Of a stretch of 48,365 bases of DNA, positions 28,301 to 36,803 are shown piece by piece. The position numbers were made by a program, and so were the translations under genes. Location: positions 1-48,365 of the IMG/VR virus record IMGVR_UViG_3300020045_006172. One strand, written 5' to 3'. Source of the stretch: a virus (taxonomy: Duplodnaviria > Caudoviricetes). Position 1 is the first letter of the stretch, and every line of letters begins with the position of its first letter. A model generated the notes under the pieces. The model saw only the letters and a program-made list of their open reading frames with translations, had not been told where the DNA came from and did no database searches.

Positions 28301-30671
28301 AAGTTCTATTATATCTGAATTTACTTCCGATTATAGAAAAATATTCATGCAATATGAAAATGCTATAAAAGAACAAGAAAGATATAAAAGAAAATTAGAA
28401 AATAAATCTACTAAAACTAAAAAAGATTTAGATACTATAGAAGAATTGAAAGATAAAATAGTTCTTCTTAAAAAAGAAAGGCAAGTTAAATTAAAAGAAG
28501 GTAAAAGATCTAAAGATGAATTTGATGAATTATATATCAATCCTGAATTTGAAAAATTATCTAATAAAGAAAAAGAGACAGCTAGATTTATTCATAAGCA
28601 ATTATTAGATGCTGATAGTAGATTATATAGTACTCCTGAAAAAAGATTAACTAAAGAATTAGCTGATGGTTCTTATATTTATTATTTACCTAAAGAACGT
28701 ATGTCAGGTATAGAATCTACTTTATATAATAATAAAGCTATTTCTAATTTTAAATCTAAATTTGAAGATTTTGTAAGACCTCCAGCAGATGAAGATGAAT
28801 TTAATATAGAACAAGATGAATATAATCCTGATAATAAATTTAATCAAACTAATTTAGATATTTATGGTAATGAAGTATTTAATATTCCAGTTTATTATAG
28901 AAATGAATTAGAAGATGAAGAATTACAATCTTATGATATTCCTACTTTATTAGCATTAAATCATGAAACTACTATTACTTTTCAAGAAAATAAATTAGTA
29001 GAAGCAGATTTATTTGTTATTGCAGAAAGTTTAAATTCTAGAAACAATAGTAAAATATTAAAAACTGATAGTTTTATAAATAAAAAAATACAAGATACAA
29101 CAGGTAAAATATATCAACGTTCAGATCAGAATTTAGTATATCAAGCAGTTAAATCAAGTATAGATAATAGATTATATAAACGTTCTTATAAAGGTGTATA
29201 TTCAAAAGGTAATTATAAATTAATTAAGGGAGCTGAAGCAGTATCTAAATATGCAAGTACTTTAGTATTAACAGGTAACTTTATGAGTGCTTTATCTACA
29301 TTCTCCCAAGGTAGTATATATAGGTTAATAGAATCTCAAGTTGGAGAACATATTACTACAGAAGATTGGAAAGCAGGTACAGCTAAAGCTTGGAAAGATT
29401 TTCCTAATATGTTAGCAGATACTCAAAAATTTGTCCCAGAAAGTAAAAGTAATTTATTAATTAGGAAATTTGGATTAGAAACAACAGCTAAAGCTTTAAC
29501 TAATAAATTTGTACAAGATAATTTTGCTAAAAAACAATTAGATTCTGCTACTTTATTTTCAGTAACAAGTATGGCTGAAGCCGTAGTTACTTCTACTTTA
29601 ATGTATTCATTATTAAATAACATAAAGGTTACAAATGAAAAAGGTGAGTTCATAGATCAATATGGTAAAATAGTAGCTAAGAATGAAGCTATGAGCTTAG
29701 ATGAAGCATATACAGTTAATAATAAGAAATTAGATTTAAATAAACATGTAAGATATACTACTTTTAATATTACTGAGAAATATAATGATGGTCTAAATAA
29801 AGATAATACAATTGCTGCTACAGAAGTTTCAAGGTATATTAGAAGTGTTTATGCTGATTTATATGGACAATATAACCAAGATATGAAAAGTGTCTTACAA
29901 CGTACTATATGGGGTAAATTAGCAATGAGTTTAAGAGGTTGGTTACCTAGAGGTGTTAATAGAAGATGGAGAGGTATTACTGATGCAGTAGGTAAAGATT
30001 TTATGGATTTTAATGAACTTAGAGATGAAAATAATATTGATAAAAGATTTTATTCTCAAGATCAAAAACAATTTCAGGAAGGGCATTATACTACTAGTAT
30101 TAGATTCTTAAGATCTATTTATAAAGAAATGAAACAGAATCAATTATCTTTATTAGCATCTAGAAGTAGTGTTAGAAATTCTTTAACAGATCATGAAATA
30201 GCTAATTTAAAAAGAACTCAATATGAATTAGGAGTTATAGTTGTAATGGCATCTTTAGCAATGTTTTTAAGAGTAATAGCTTTAAATTCAGAAGGAGACG
30301 ATGATGATAAAGAAAAAATATATTTTGCTGCTTATTTAGCTCATAGAATACAAACAGAATTAACTACATTTATTAGTCCTAGTGCTATGTTTGAAATGTT
30401 AAGTAACCCTGCTGCAAGCATGAGTGTTATTCAGAGAGTATTTGATTGGATGTGGCAACTAACTGGAATATCTTATTCTAAAGATGAGGGTTTTAATGCC
30501 AATATTAATGATCTGATTTCTACAGGTGATAATAAAGGAGATAGTAAATTGCTTAAAAAAAGTATGGGTTTAATACCTGGAACAGTTAAAATACAACAAC
30601 TTAAATCAATATTATCTTTAGAATCAACAAATCCGATTTCAGATTCATTTGAATATAGTATAAATAATTAA
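25389..30671 (+). CDS. giant polyvalent ejection protein (gp67-like position) with zincin protease and PD-(D/E)xK nuclease domains
   Basis: HExxH motif 'HEFGH' (25896-25910) plus downstream 'EVLA'; nuclease motifs 'GSIVHNAIE...TEQ...GTADLI...IYDYKT...QLLSY'; hydrophobic C-terminal helix 'LGVIVVMASLAMFLRVIAL'. Confidence 0.75.
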   Translation: MAIHCVNRSSAEFIALQEQTNINPIILAAKVSIFQSDNGLDKFPSIEDLDLQEDLIINLDTNLVTLNINEVKQSNNIENLINKFYSLRDDSTSLSNQLIDSYNNKQDDTLNITEQKIELMKQALNAEVIVDTSITDSGQLLPSNHPLSKKYNKPVIVINPNNLFADTVFHEFGHLYIDLLKEDDSVLNEAYELLRSTEFYNQVAKQYPELNSEQLDKEVLATALGLEGDKIFKQDLRSLSIWQKLKNYILNKLRDIFNIEPNALEQLASELVRNNVRVNNTNDFNSTILQRSKYIIEDNDSLNKQKQVSDLLDKIQSDFTKETIEDENIYKDKEGNIYNNSVTKNISKYKKRYNSSDKGDYEMKFDKTLYNKDNILFQLNSPKLPLALTKALNDLVNDRIKSDFNKNPEDKNWLDSYNREINNTAEIDELDVLANNLLSTQGVDNSFTGSLLKHFDVIINKADEYQGRYNQAPIVGSIVHNAIENYINDNTAFPNNIIDLNNKLINQIKSIVDKGRENGSIFKTEQILYSENRQVPGTADLIEITKSGEVIIYDYKTTDNLKWGKFDKSDESLYFNKGYIHQLLSYGAILNQYGINLTSDPYHIILAEVGYSNVQTTDNLITIKEVRSKSLSDKNLLSLLNSARNSIYNDFASTSQLDNINIKPDIQNLSDLVNRINNYIKVYKKRTKNLTSNLDASNIDKIQDDLIKQKDLEKSINEYVAKNNQIIINSYVNNIQDALGLLESQKEFIGENLSSEYLQSLNYVLQSTEALGDIKKLLEDGNNEITLNDKIKLLSTIDKALLIINNNKNYYKDKLQRLAINSFVENSNLMYGLYREKYQLEAKKKGLRGKDVIEEYVTKQLKSNETEIKIKEINYWTKQYEDGFTDLRFLEYLVADPGISKSQFVQLVKNILDKTDQSIRNKMLDVIPDIANWYDNLEFEKTGDPRKVWSKFIDNKTIINAETGKTETKLASSIISEFTSDYRKIFMQYENAIKEQERYKRKLENKSTKTKKDLDTIEELKDKIVLLKKERQVKLKEGKRSKDEFDELYINPEFEKLSNKEKETARFIHKQLLDADSRLYSTPEKRLTKELADGSYIYYLPKERMSGIESTLYNNKAISNFKSKFEDFVRPPADEDEFNIEQDEYNPDNKFNQTNLDIYGNEVFNIPVYYRNELEDEELQSYDIPTLLALNHETTITFQENKLVEADLFVIAESLNSRNNSKILKTDSFINKKIQDTTGKIYQRSDQNLVYQAVKSSIDNRLYKRSYKGVYSKGNYKLIKGAEAVSKYASTLVLTGNFMSALSTFSQGSIYRLIESQVGEHITTEDWKAGTAKAWKDFPNMLADTQKFVPESKSNLLIRKFGLETTAKALTNKFVQDNFAKKQLDSATLFSVTSMAEAVVTSTLMYSLLNNIKVTNEKGEFIDQYGKIVAKNEAMSLDEAYTVNNKKLDLNKHVRYTTFNITEKYNDGLNKDNTIAATEVSRYIRSVYADLYGQYNQDMKSVLQRTIWGKLAMSLRGWLPRGVNRRWRGITDAVGKDFMDFNELRDENNIDKRFYSQDQKQFQEGHYTTSIRFLRSIYKEMKQNQLSLLASRSSVRNSLTDHEIANLKRTQYELGVIVVMASLAMFLRVIALNSEGDDDDKEKIYFAAYLAHRIQTELTTFISPSAMFEMLSNPAASMSVIQRVFDWMWQLTGISYSKDEGFNANINDLISTGDNKGDSKLLKKSMGLIPGTVKIQQLKSILSLESTNPISDSFEYSINN

Positions 30672-30709
30672 AAAAGAAAAGGAGATAAAATTAATTATCT
30701 CCTTTTTTA
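30671..30709. terminator. bidirectional intrinsic terminator at the convergence of the two transcription units
   Basis: Perfect 12-bp inverted repeat AAAAGGAGATAA (30677-30688) / TTATCTCCTTTT (30695-30706) with a 6-nt loop, A-tract on the left and T-tract on the right, between convergent stop codons. Confidence 0.85.
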
Positions 30710-31456
30710 TTATATATATATTAAAACAGTGTTATTAAATTTATTACCATTTAATTTTCCCATAAGAGTATGATAATTGATATTATAACAATTTGCAGCG
30801 TCTTTACAGGAATCATAATATATTCCAGTTTCTATATTTAAAACAACTTTAGATTTAGATTTACCTATATTTATCTTATGTTGATCAGATAATTTAATAC
30901 CTTTTTTAGAATCAGATAATTTTCTTTTAGATTCTTCAGTATGTTTTTTACCTTTCCATGTATTTTTTCTTATTTTAATTAGTTTTTCTTTTATATGTAA
31001 AGGTATATTATTATGAGATTTTTTGATATTATCACAATGTTCTTGTGTAAGTTTCTTACCTAATTTAGATAATCTCATTTTCATTTTTACTTCTGGTCTT
31101 TGATGGCTTTTTGAAACACCTATGCTAATTTTTAATCTAGTTTCCTCATTAATAACCGCTTTTTTATCATTAGATTTAGTTAATCTACAATTTAAACCTA
31201 ATTTAGAATTACAAACATCATAATAATCCTGCCAAAATCTTTCTCGTTCATTTAATTTGTCAATTTCACAATACTCAATAACTTCAAATATATGAAGATT
31301 TACACCATATTTTAAAAAAGAATTATATAATCTTATTTGATCTTTACAATGTAAATTCTTATATTTTTTCCATCTTTTTTCTATATTTATAGATTGTCCT
31401 ATATATATCTTATTTGATGGACTTGTTATCTTATAAATCCCTATTTTATTATCCAT
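30710..31456 (-). CDS. free-standing GIY-YIG homing endonuclease (NUMOD3 repeats, C-terminal NUMOD1/IENR-like HTH)
   Basis: 'IGIYKITSPSNKIYIGQS...R'; NUMOD3-like 'KGKKHTEESKRKLS' and 'GKKLTQEH'; C-terminal 'TGIYYDSCKDAA'. Confidence 0.9.
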   Translation of the reverse strand: MDNKIGIYKITSPSNKIYIGQSINIEKRWKKYKNLHCKDQIRLYNSFLKYGVNLHIFEVIEYCEIDKLNERERFWQDYYDVCNSKLGLNCRLTKSNDKKAVINEETRLKISIGVSKSHQRPEVKMKMRLSKLGKKLTQEHCDNIKKSHNNIPLHIKEKLIKIRKNTWKGKKHTEESKRKLSDSKKGIKLSDQHKINIGKSKSKVVLNIETGIYYDSCKDAANCYNINYHTLMGKLNGNKFNNTVLIYI

Positions 31457-31469
31457 AATATATTTTTTA

Positions 31470-31500
31470 CAAATATAATGATTAAAATAATTATTAACAA
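31470..31500 (-). promoter_or_regulatory. Bacteroidetes sigma70-type promoter (-33 TTG / -7 TAnnTTTG) for the endonuclease gene
   Basis: Minus strand reads TTG (31500-31498), 20 nt, TATATTTG (31477-31470), ending 13 nt before the ATG at 31456. This fits the TTTG-N19-21-TAnnTTTG consensus, with the -33 element matched as TTG only. Confidence 0.6.
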
Positions 31501-31544
31501 TTAAAAAGTTAAAGTATTAAAAAAAGAAAGACAAAATATTAAAG

Positions 31545-31588
31545 TAAAAATTAAGGGAAGACAGGTTTTAATCTATCTTCCCTTTTTA
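31545..31588 (-). terminator. intrinsic terminator ending the minus-strand operon
   Basis: Minus strand AAGGGAAGATAG-attaaaac-CTGTCTTCCCTT hairpin (one U.G pair) followed by AATTTTT, right after the stop of ORF 31590-31949. Confidence 0.7.
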
Positions 31589-31589
31589 T

Positions 31590-31949
31590 TTATAATTTTT
31601 CACTATTTAATTTAACTATTAAATTTTTAGTATACTCTCTAAGTATAGTATATTTTAATTTAGAAATATCTGCTTTAATATAACAGGATTGAATATTTCC
31701 ATATCCATTTGTATATTTATTATTATCAAAATGCATATAATAATTCTTCCATCCTCTTTTCCAATTTTCTATTTCATGTTTTGCTCTATTTGTATATTTT
31801 AATGCAGGTAAACCATAATTAATAAAATCTTCTTCATTGTTAAACTTAATATACCATTTTTTATTTTTAGGTAATTCCTTTAATATTTTTATACAATAAG
31901 AGTGTTGTAACTTAGCTATTTTTAATAATTCTTTATTTGATATTTTCAT
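31590..31949 (-). CDS. hypothetical protein
   Basis: 119-aa ORF in a tightly packed minus-strand operon. Confidence 0.6.
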   Translation of the reverse strand: MKISNKELLKIAKLQHSYCIKILKELPKNKKWYIKFNNEEDFINYGLPALKYTNRAKHEIENWKRGWKNYYMHFDNNKYTNGYGNIQSCYIKADISKLKYTILREYTKNLIVKLNSEKL

Positions 31950-32181
31950 AAGCTAATTCCATTTCTCTTGTTGGTAATACTTTAACAAATAATGAAACTG
32001 ATTTTCCACATTCCATTTTCCAACCAGCACTAACTAATTCTTTGTTGTGAGCATTAAGTTGTAATCTTGGAGATCCTGATTTATTAAAAGCCTTAACAAT
32101 ACCTACATTCATTCTAGAACCACTTGTAATTACACACCAATCATTTAAATTTACTACTTGTCCTAATCGATCTATAGCCAT
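31933..32181 (-). CDS. hypothetical protein (small, possibly SH3-like)
   Basis: 82 aa; 'DRLGQVVNLNDWCVI...VGIV' resembles small phage SH3-fold proteins. Confidence 0.6.
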   Translation of the reverse strand: MAIDRLGQVVNLNDWCVITSGSRMNVGIVKAFNKSGSPRLQLNAHNKELVSAGWKMECGKSVSLFVKVLPTREMELAYENIK

Positions 32182-32191
32182 CTTTTAATTT

Positions 32192-32578
32192 TTATTTTTT
32201 ATTTAATATTAATTTTATATCATCTAATGATACTAATTTATAATTTTTATAATCGTTTGAATCTCTAATATCATGCCAACCATTTTTATAATTATTTGTA
32301 TTTTCTATATATAAATGATAAGTTTTTGAGTCATTATTATTCCAACCTTGAGAAATATATTTTTCAGGAATAGTTAAAGTTTTATAATAATCACTAATTA
32401 ACTGAGCTTCTTCATTATTTATAGCTTTTGGTAAATAATGGAATTCAGGTAATGGTATAGTATTAAACTTAACTAAATTACTACCATTGAATTCAAAGTA
32501 TTCATTATCAGATAGTTCATTATATTTATCTTCTAAAATAGATATAATTCTTTTAATATCTTCTTTTTTAATCTTCAT
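32192..32578 (-). CDS. hypothetical protein, paralog of 32568-32912
   Basis: Shares an N-terminus 'MK..K.DI...I.IL..K..EL....Y.FEF.G' and a following 'LPE' with the adjacent ORF. Confidence 0.65.
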   Translation of the reverse strand: MKIKKEDIKRIISILEDKYNELSDNEYFEFNGSNLVKFNTIPLPEFHYLPKAINNEEAQLISDYYKTLTIPEKYISQGWNNNDSKTYHLYIENTNNYKNGWHDIRDSNDYKNYKLVSLDDIKLILNKK

Positions 32579-32912
32579 TTAATACATATTTTTTAAATTG
32601 TTCAAATGTAATTTCTGTATATGATTCTAAAATACTTCTATTTAAACGATAATGGGCTGCATAAGGAGGATTATGAAAATATTGATTATCATCTATAGAT
32701 TCATAAAAATGTTTATTTTGTAATTTATTAAAATAATTATTTATTTCTTCTTTATTTTGTTTTATTGCCCATTTCTCAGGTAGTACAAATTCATCTCTTT
32801 CTTTAGCTCCTATAAATTCAAATATATAATTATCTTGTTCAGATTCTAATTCTTTCTTTTTATTTTGAAGAATATCAATTAATTTATCAATATCTTGTTT
32901 TCTTAATTTCAT
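32568..32912 (-). CDS. hypothetical protein, paralog of 32192-32578
   Basis: 114 aa with 'LPEKW...YTEITFEQFKKYVL'; coupled to the ligase stop by TAATG. Confidence 0.65.
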   Translation of the reverse strand: MKLRKQDIDKLIDILQNKKKELESEQDNYIFEFIGAKERDEFVLPEKWAIKQNKEEINNYFNKLQNKHFYESIDDNQYFHNPPYAAHYRLNRSILESYTEITFEQFKKYVLNED

Positions 32913-34057
32913 TATTTATCAGATTTATCTTTATCTAATCTTATTCCGTACATAACAGGAAATCTTGGAATATCTCCCTGACTCATTTCAAAATATCTAA
33001 CTTCTGCTATTTTACCAATGTATTCATCTTTATTAAGAAGTAATTCTTTGCGTGCTTCATGGCTCATTTTAGTACCACAGGCAAAACGTTTACCATTATA
33101 TTCTACAACAGGTCGTCCCCACTCAGGTCGTTGCTTAGCAGGTCCTATATCAACTATTTTACAAGAAATATCAATAAAATCTTTATACTTAAGTAAGTCA
33201 GAACTTCTGGCATTAATCTTATATTGTCCAGATCCTATTCTAATCATAGTACCTTCATATCCTAATTCTAAATAAGTTGAGTGAGCTTTTTTAAGTTGAT
33301 CTTCTGAAGTAATAATATGAGATTGAATGAAATCAAGATTTCTTAATTTATAACCTATTGCCAAACCATAAACATATGCTAAACTACCTTTTCTTAATGT
33401 AAAATTTTCTGGATTAATTTTATCATAAATATGAAATTTAATTTTCTCTGTAATACCTTTTCTGTATTTTTTAATAGATTCCATATTAGTTTGAAAATCT
33501 TCTCCATGAACATATAACTCTCCATCAAAAATATGAGGATATGCATTTTGATTTAAAGAAAGTGATAATTTCATTAAATCAATTTCAATATGCATCATAT
33601 TTTCAATAATTTTACCATCTCTAGATTTTAATATAACTTCTGTGGGAGAATTAATATGAGCTAAACATCTCATCCCATCTAATTTAGGTTGAACATATAT
33701 TTTATCCTTTTTCCAATTTATTTTATGAGATTCTTTTTTATAATCTTTAGCAAGCATTGGTAGTATTACTATTTCATTTTCTGCTTCTTCAATAGTATTA
33801 AAATAACCCTTAGTTAACTTATCTTTTATTAAAGCTTCTGCTTCTTTTACAGCTTGGTCATTTTGAGTTGTTTCATTCGATCTTCCTATATTCTTACCTT
33901 TACATATTTTAGTATGTACAATAGGATTATCTGTATTTAATATTCCAGATATTTGTATTAATTCTCCATCAGGTTCTCCTAATACTTGAACTACTAAATA
34001 TCTAATTTTATTTTTGCTGTCTTTTTTATATATTGTCTGATTAAATCCATTAAACAT
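32912..34057 (-). CDS. lig: ATP-dependent DNA ligase
   Basis: Motif I 'QPKLDGMR', III 'FDGELY', IV 'YEGTMIR', V 'LLKYK', VI 'PRFP'. Confidence 0.93.
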   Translation of the reverse strand: MFNGFNQTIYKKDSKNKIRYLVVQVLGEPDGELIQISGILNTDNPIVHTKICKGKNIGRSNETTQNDQAVKEAEALIKDKLTKGYFNTIEEAENEIVILPMLAKDYKKESHKINWKKDKIYVQPKLDGMRCLAHINSPTEVILKSRDGKIIENMMHIEIDLMKLSLSLNQNAYPHIFDGELYVHGEDFQTNMESIKKYRKGITEKIKFHIYDKINPENFTLRKGSLAYVYGLAIGYKLRNLDFIQSHIITSEDQLKKAHSTYLELGYEGTMIRIGSGQYKINARSSDLLKYKDFIDISCKIVDIGPAKQRPEWGRPVVEYNGKRFACGTKMSHEARKELLLNKDEYIGKIAEVRYFEMSQGDIPRFPVMYGIRLDKDKSDK

Positions 34058-34075
34058 ATTTGTTATTTTTAATTG

Positions 34076-34378
34076 TTATTTACTTAATACTTCTTTTAAT
34101 ATTGCTGATATTATAAAATCTTTGTTTATATACATTGAAGTTTGGTGTAATAATACAGGGTTACAAAGCATTCTTTTAAAATACTCAGGTTTATTACTAA
34201 CCTCTCTCATCTTTAAATACTTTTTCTGTATCATTACACCATTTGCTTCATTATGTGTTATACAGTAATAATTTCCTCTAAATTTTAATCCTAAATGAGT
34301 TTTATCACCTTCTCCGAAACAATTTTTATATAAAGAAAGATGTAACCAGCTATGAGGTAACTTCTTCTTTTTGTTCAA
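34076..34378 (-). CDS. hypothetical protein
   Basis: 100-aa ORF co-oriented in the operon. Confidence 0.55.
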   Translation of the reverse strand: MNKKKKLPHSWLHLSLYKNCFGEGDKTHLGLKFRGNYYCITHNEANGVMIQKKYLKMREVSNKPEYFKRMLCNPVLLHQTSMYINKDFIISAILKEVLSK

Positions 34379-34625
34379 CTTTCACAGGTATTAATTCATT
34401 AAATTGTTTATCCAAATGATCTTTTAAATCTTCTAAAGAAGAATAGATATCTTCATGTTTTCTAGTAGTTTTATTATCGTTTAATTTATTTATAAGATTA
34501 TAACTTATAGTACTTTTCTTATCAATAACTCTTACTTCAACACTATCAACTTTATATTCTTGTACTAAATTTCCAAGCATAGTAAAAACTTTATCTCCTT
34601 TAGTATATACTTCTATATTTATCAT
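34350..34625 (-). CDS. hypothetical protein
   Basis: 91-aa ORF co-oriented in the operon. Confidence 0.6.
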   Translation of the reverse strand: MINIEVYTKGDKVFTMLGNLVQEYKVDSVEVRVIDKKSTISYNLINKLNDNKTTRKHEDIYSSLEDLKDHLDKQFNELIPVKVEQKEEVTS

Positions 34626-34629
34626 TTTA

Positions 34630-35238
34630 TTATTTTAAGTAGTTAATTCTTTGTTTTCCATCATATTCTAATTCTTCAGTAATCATAGGTGTATTAGAAA
34701 TAACCATATAATTTTTATTATCTTCTTTATCAAAACTTTTAATTATATCATAAAGCTGAAGTTCCATTTTATTTTCTTTTAAAATATGAACAATAAAATA
34801 GTCTTGAAAATCATTTCTACTAGCTAAAAATTCTTCTTTACTATTAGCAGACTCTAAATCTTTTTTTATAGTAGTCATTATTTTATCTGCTTCAGCTTCA
34901 TCTTCTTTTTTAAATTTAGATACTAATCCAGTTCCAAAATTAATCTCAAGTAAACTATTAACAGTTGTTACTTTTTTAACTGAATCTATAAAGTTTTTCA
35001 AAAGCATTTCTCCTAAATCTCCACCATGTATTACTGATAAGGGTAAGGGTACTCTTGTAAATCTACCATCATTTCCAACTAAGAACATTACTCCTATTTC
35101 CATAGAATTCTTTTCCATAGAATAAGTTCTCATCAAACTAATTATTTGTGGTATTAATATTTCAGGAGTACTAACTTCCGTTTCATTAATCTTATCTATT
35201 TCTGCTTGCAATATTGCACTTATATTTTCTTCTTTCAT
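34630..35238 (-). CDS. hypothetical protein
   Basis: 202-aa ORF co-oriented in the operon. Confidence 0.7.
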   Translation of the reverse strand: MKEENISAILQAEIDKINETEVSTPEILIPQIISLMRTYSMEKNSMEIGVMFLVGNDGRFTRVPLPLSVIHGGDLGEMLLKNFIDSVKKVTTVNSLLEINFGTGLVSKFKKEDEAEADKIMTTIKKDLESANSKEEFLASRNDFQDYFIVHILKENKMELQLYDIIKSFDKEDNKNYMVISNTPMITEELEYDGKQRINYLK

Positions 35239-35256
35239 TTTATTGTTATTATTTTG

Positions 35257-35400
35257 TTATTGTTCTAAATTCTCAATTACATTACAAATTATATCTACTA
35301 TTTCTTCTGGAGAAAAAGCATATTTCCAATCATTATCTTCTGTAATTCTATCTATTTTTTCTAGATATTTACTTAAAATTAATTCTTTATTTAATTTCAT
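35257..35400 (-). CDS. small hypothetical protein (47 aa) not in the ORF track
   Basis: MKLNKELILSKYLEKIDRITEDNDWKYAFSPEEIVDIICNVIENLEQ*. It overlaps the thyX stop and fills the gap to the next gene. Confidence 0.6.
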   Translation of the reverse strand: MKLNKELILSKYLEKIDRITEDNDWKYAFSPEEIVDIICNVIENLEQ

Positions 35401-36082
35401 TTTTTTCCTTCATTATTTCTAAAGTATATTGAAATGGATTACCTGGAATATTTTCTACTAAATTCCACATTTCCTGAGCTATTTCTCTGATTTCTAACTG
35501 AGCATGTTCACTGTCTCTTAATTTCATAAAATTAGCAAAACTTCTCATATTAAAACTTACATCTCCTTGTATTTGAGAATTATATGTTTTAAAAAATCTA
35601 GCACTTTCTTTAGCTCTTTTACGACCTAATATTGGTGTTAACTGTTTTAGACACTCATGATACATTCTATTTCCTATTTCAGTATAATTTTCAAGTAATT
35701 GTTTCCAAGTTTCTATACCTTTAAAGGTTAAATCATCATATGAATTAAAATTAGAAAAATCTACATTATTACCATTCCAATCATTTGGTAAATAAAATTT
35801 ATCTTCTTTTAATTCTTTATACCTAGCTGATTCACCATTAAATGAACTTATCCTATGCTTAAGAAAATGAATATGACTAGCTATTTCAGTATCAACTAAA
35901 AAATGTACCATGCCTTTTTCAAAAGGTGTTTCATGACCATTAGACCATAAATCTTTAATTAATTTAGGTATTCTTATTCTTTTATCTTCTGTAAGATCTC
36001 TTGAAGTGGAAGTCCAAGCACTTAATGCTATAACTTCATCACTCCCATAGAATCCAATTAATTCAACTTTATTTTTACTCAT
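35387..36082 (-). CDS. thyX: flavin-dependent thymidylate synthase
   Basis: 'GHETPFE', ThyX motif variant 'KHRISSFNGESARY', 'KESARF', and 'NF..LR...HAQLEIR'. Confidence 0.92.
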   Translation of the reverse strand: MSKNKVELIGFYGSDEVIALSAWTSTSRDLTEDKRIRIPKLIKDLWSNGHETPFEKGMVHFLVDTEIASHIHFLKHRISSFNGESARYKELKEDKFYLPNDWNGNNVDFSNFNSYDDLTFKGIETWKQLLENYTEIGNRMYHECLKQLTPILGRKRAKESARFFKTYNSQIQGDVSFNMRSFANFMKLRDSEHAQLEIREIAQEMWNLVENIPGNPFQYTLEIMKEKNEIK

Positions 36083-36803
36083 TTGTTACTTTTATTATTT
36101 TAGTTTCAATATCATATTCAAATAAATTTCCATTACTAATTAAATATCCAAATTTACCATCACATACTATACTACCATTGCTGAATAAAGTATCTTTAAT
36201 AGATAATTTAGTAACTCCAGCATTTATTATATCTTCATAATTATGAATATGTCCAAACATACAAGCCTTTAAATTTAATCTATTTAAAACATGATTTCTA
36301 AGGCTTTTACAGCCACAATATTCTAAAGTACCTTCTCTATTATAACTTAAATCTAATAATCCTTTAGGAGGACCGTGAACAACTAATATATCAGTATCTA
36401 TAGGTATAGTTTTCCAAAATTCATCTAACTTATGTCTTGGTTTTTGAAAATACCAATTACCAAAAGTAGGTTGAATAGGAGTACCAAATATTTTAATTCC
36501 TTCTATTTCTATAGATTCATTTTCTAAATATATAATATTTTTTTGATTACATATATCTCTAAATTCTGTTGGATTAATAGAAGCCATTGCATCATGATTT
36601 CCAGAAATTAAAACTTTATATTTAATATCTAATGCTCCATACCAATTTAAAAAATCTCTGGTTTCAGGTTCATTTTTATAATAATCTCTATAATTACTAT
36701 AATCTCCAGAATGTATAATAATATCCACGTTATCAGGTATATTTAGTAAATTATGATATGAATGTGAATCGGATATATGTAGAATCTTTAATTTATTTGT
36801 CAT
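36075..36803 (-). CDS. calcineurin-like metallophosphoesterase
   Basis: Metal-binding motifs 'SDSH', 'HSGD', 'GNHD', 'HGPP', 'FGHIH'. Confidence 0.9.
   Translation of the reverse strand: MTNKLKILHISDSHSYHNLLNIPDNVDIIIHSGDYSNYRDYYKNEPETRDFLNWYGALDIKYKVLISGNHDAMASINPTEFRDICNQKNIIYLENESIEIEGIKIFGTPIQPTFGNWYFQKPRHKLDEFWKTIPIDTDILVVHGPPKGLLDLSYNREGTLEYCGCKSLRNHVLNRLNLKACMFGHIHNYEDIINAGVTKLSIKDTLFSNGSIVCDGKFGYLISNGNLFEYDIETKIIKVTNE

Noticed and set aside
527-29653. Short minus-strand ORFs inside the large + genes (527-739, 6052-6282, 12368-12697, 14765-15055, 15285-15485, 16811-17056, 21472-21675, 25373-25573, 28331-28540, 29423-29653)
   Set aside because: They are antisense shadows of long coding frames, with Ser/Leu/Ile/Phe-rich composition and no motifs.
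33018-33275. + strand 85-aa ORF
   Set aside because: Entirely antisense to the conserved ligase C-terminus; no independent support.
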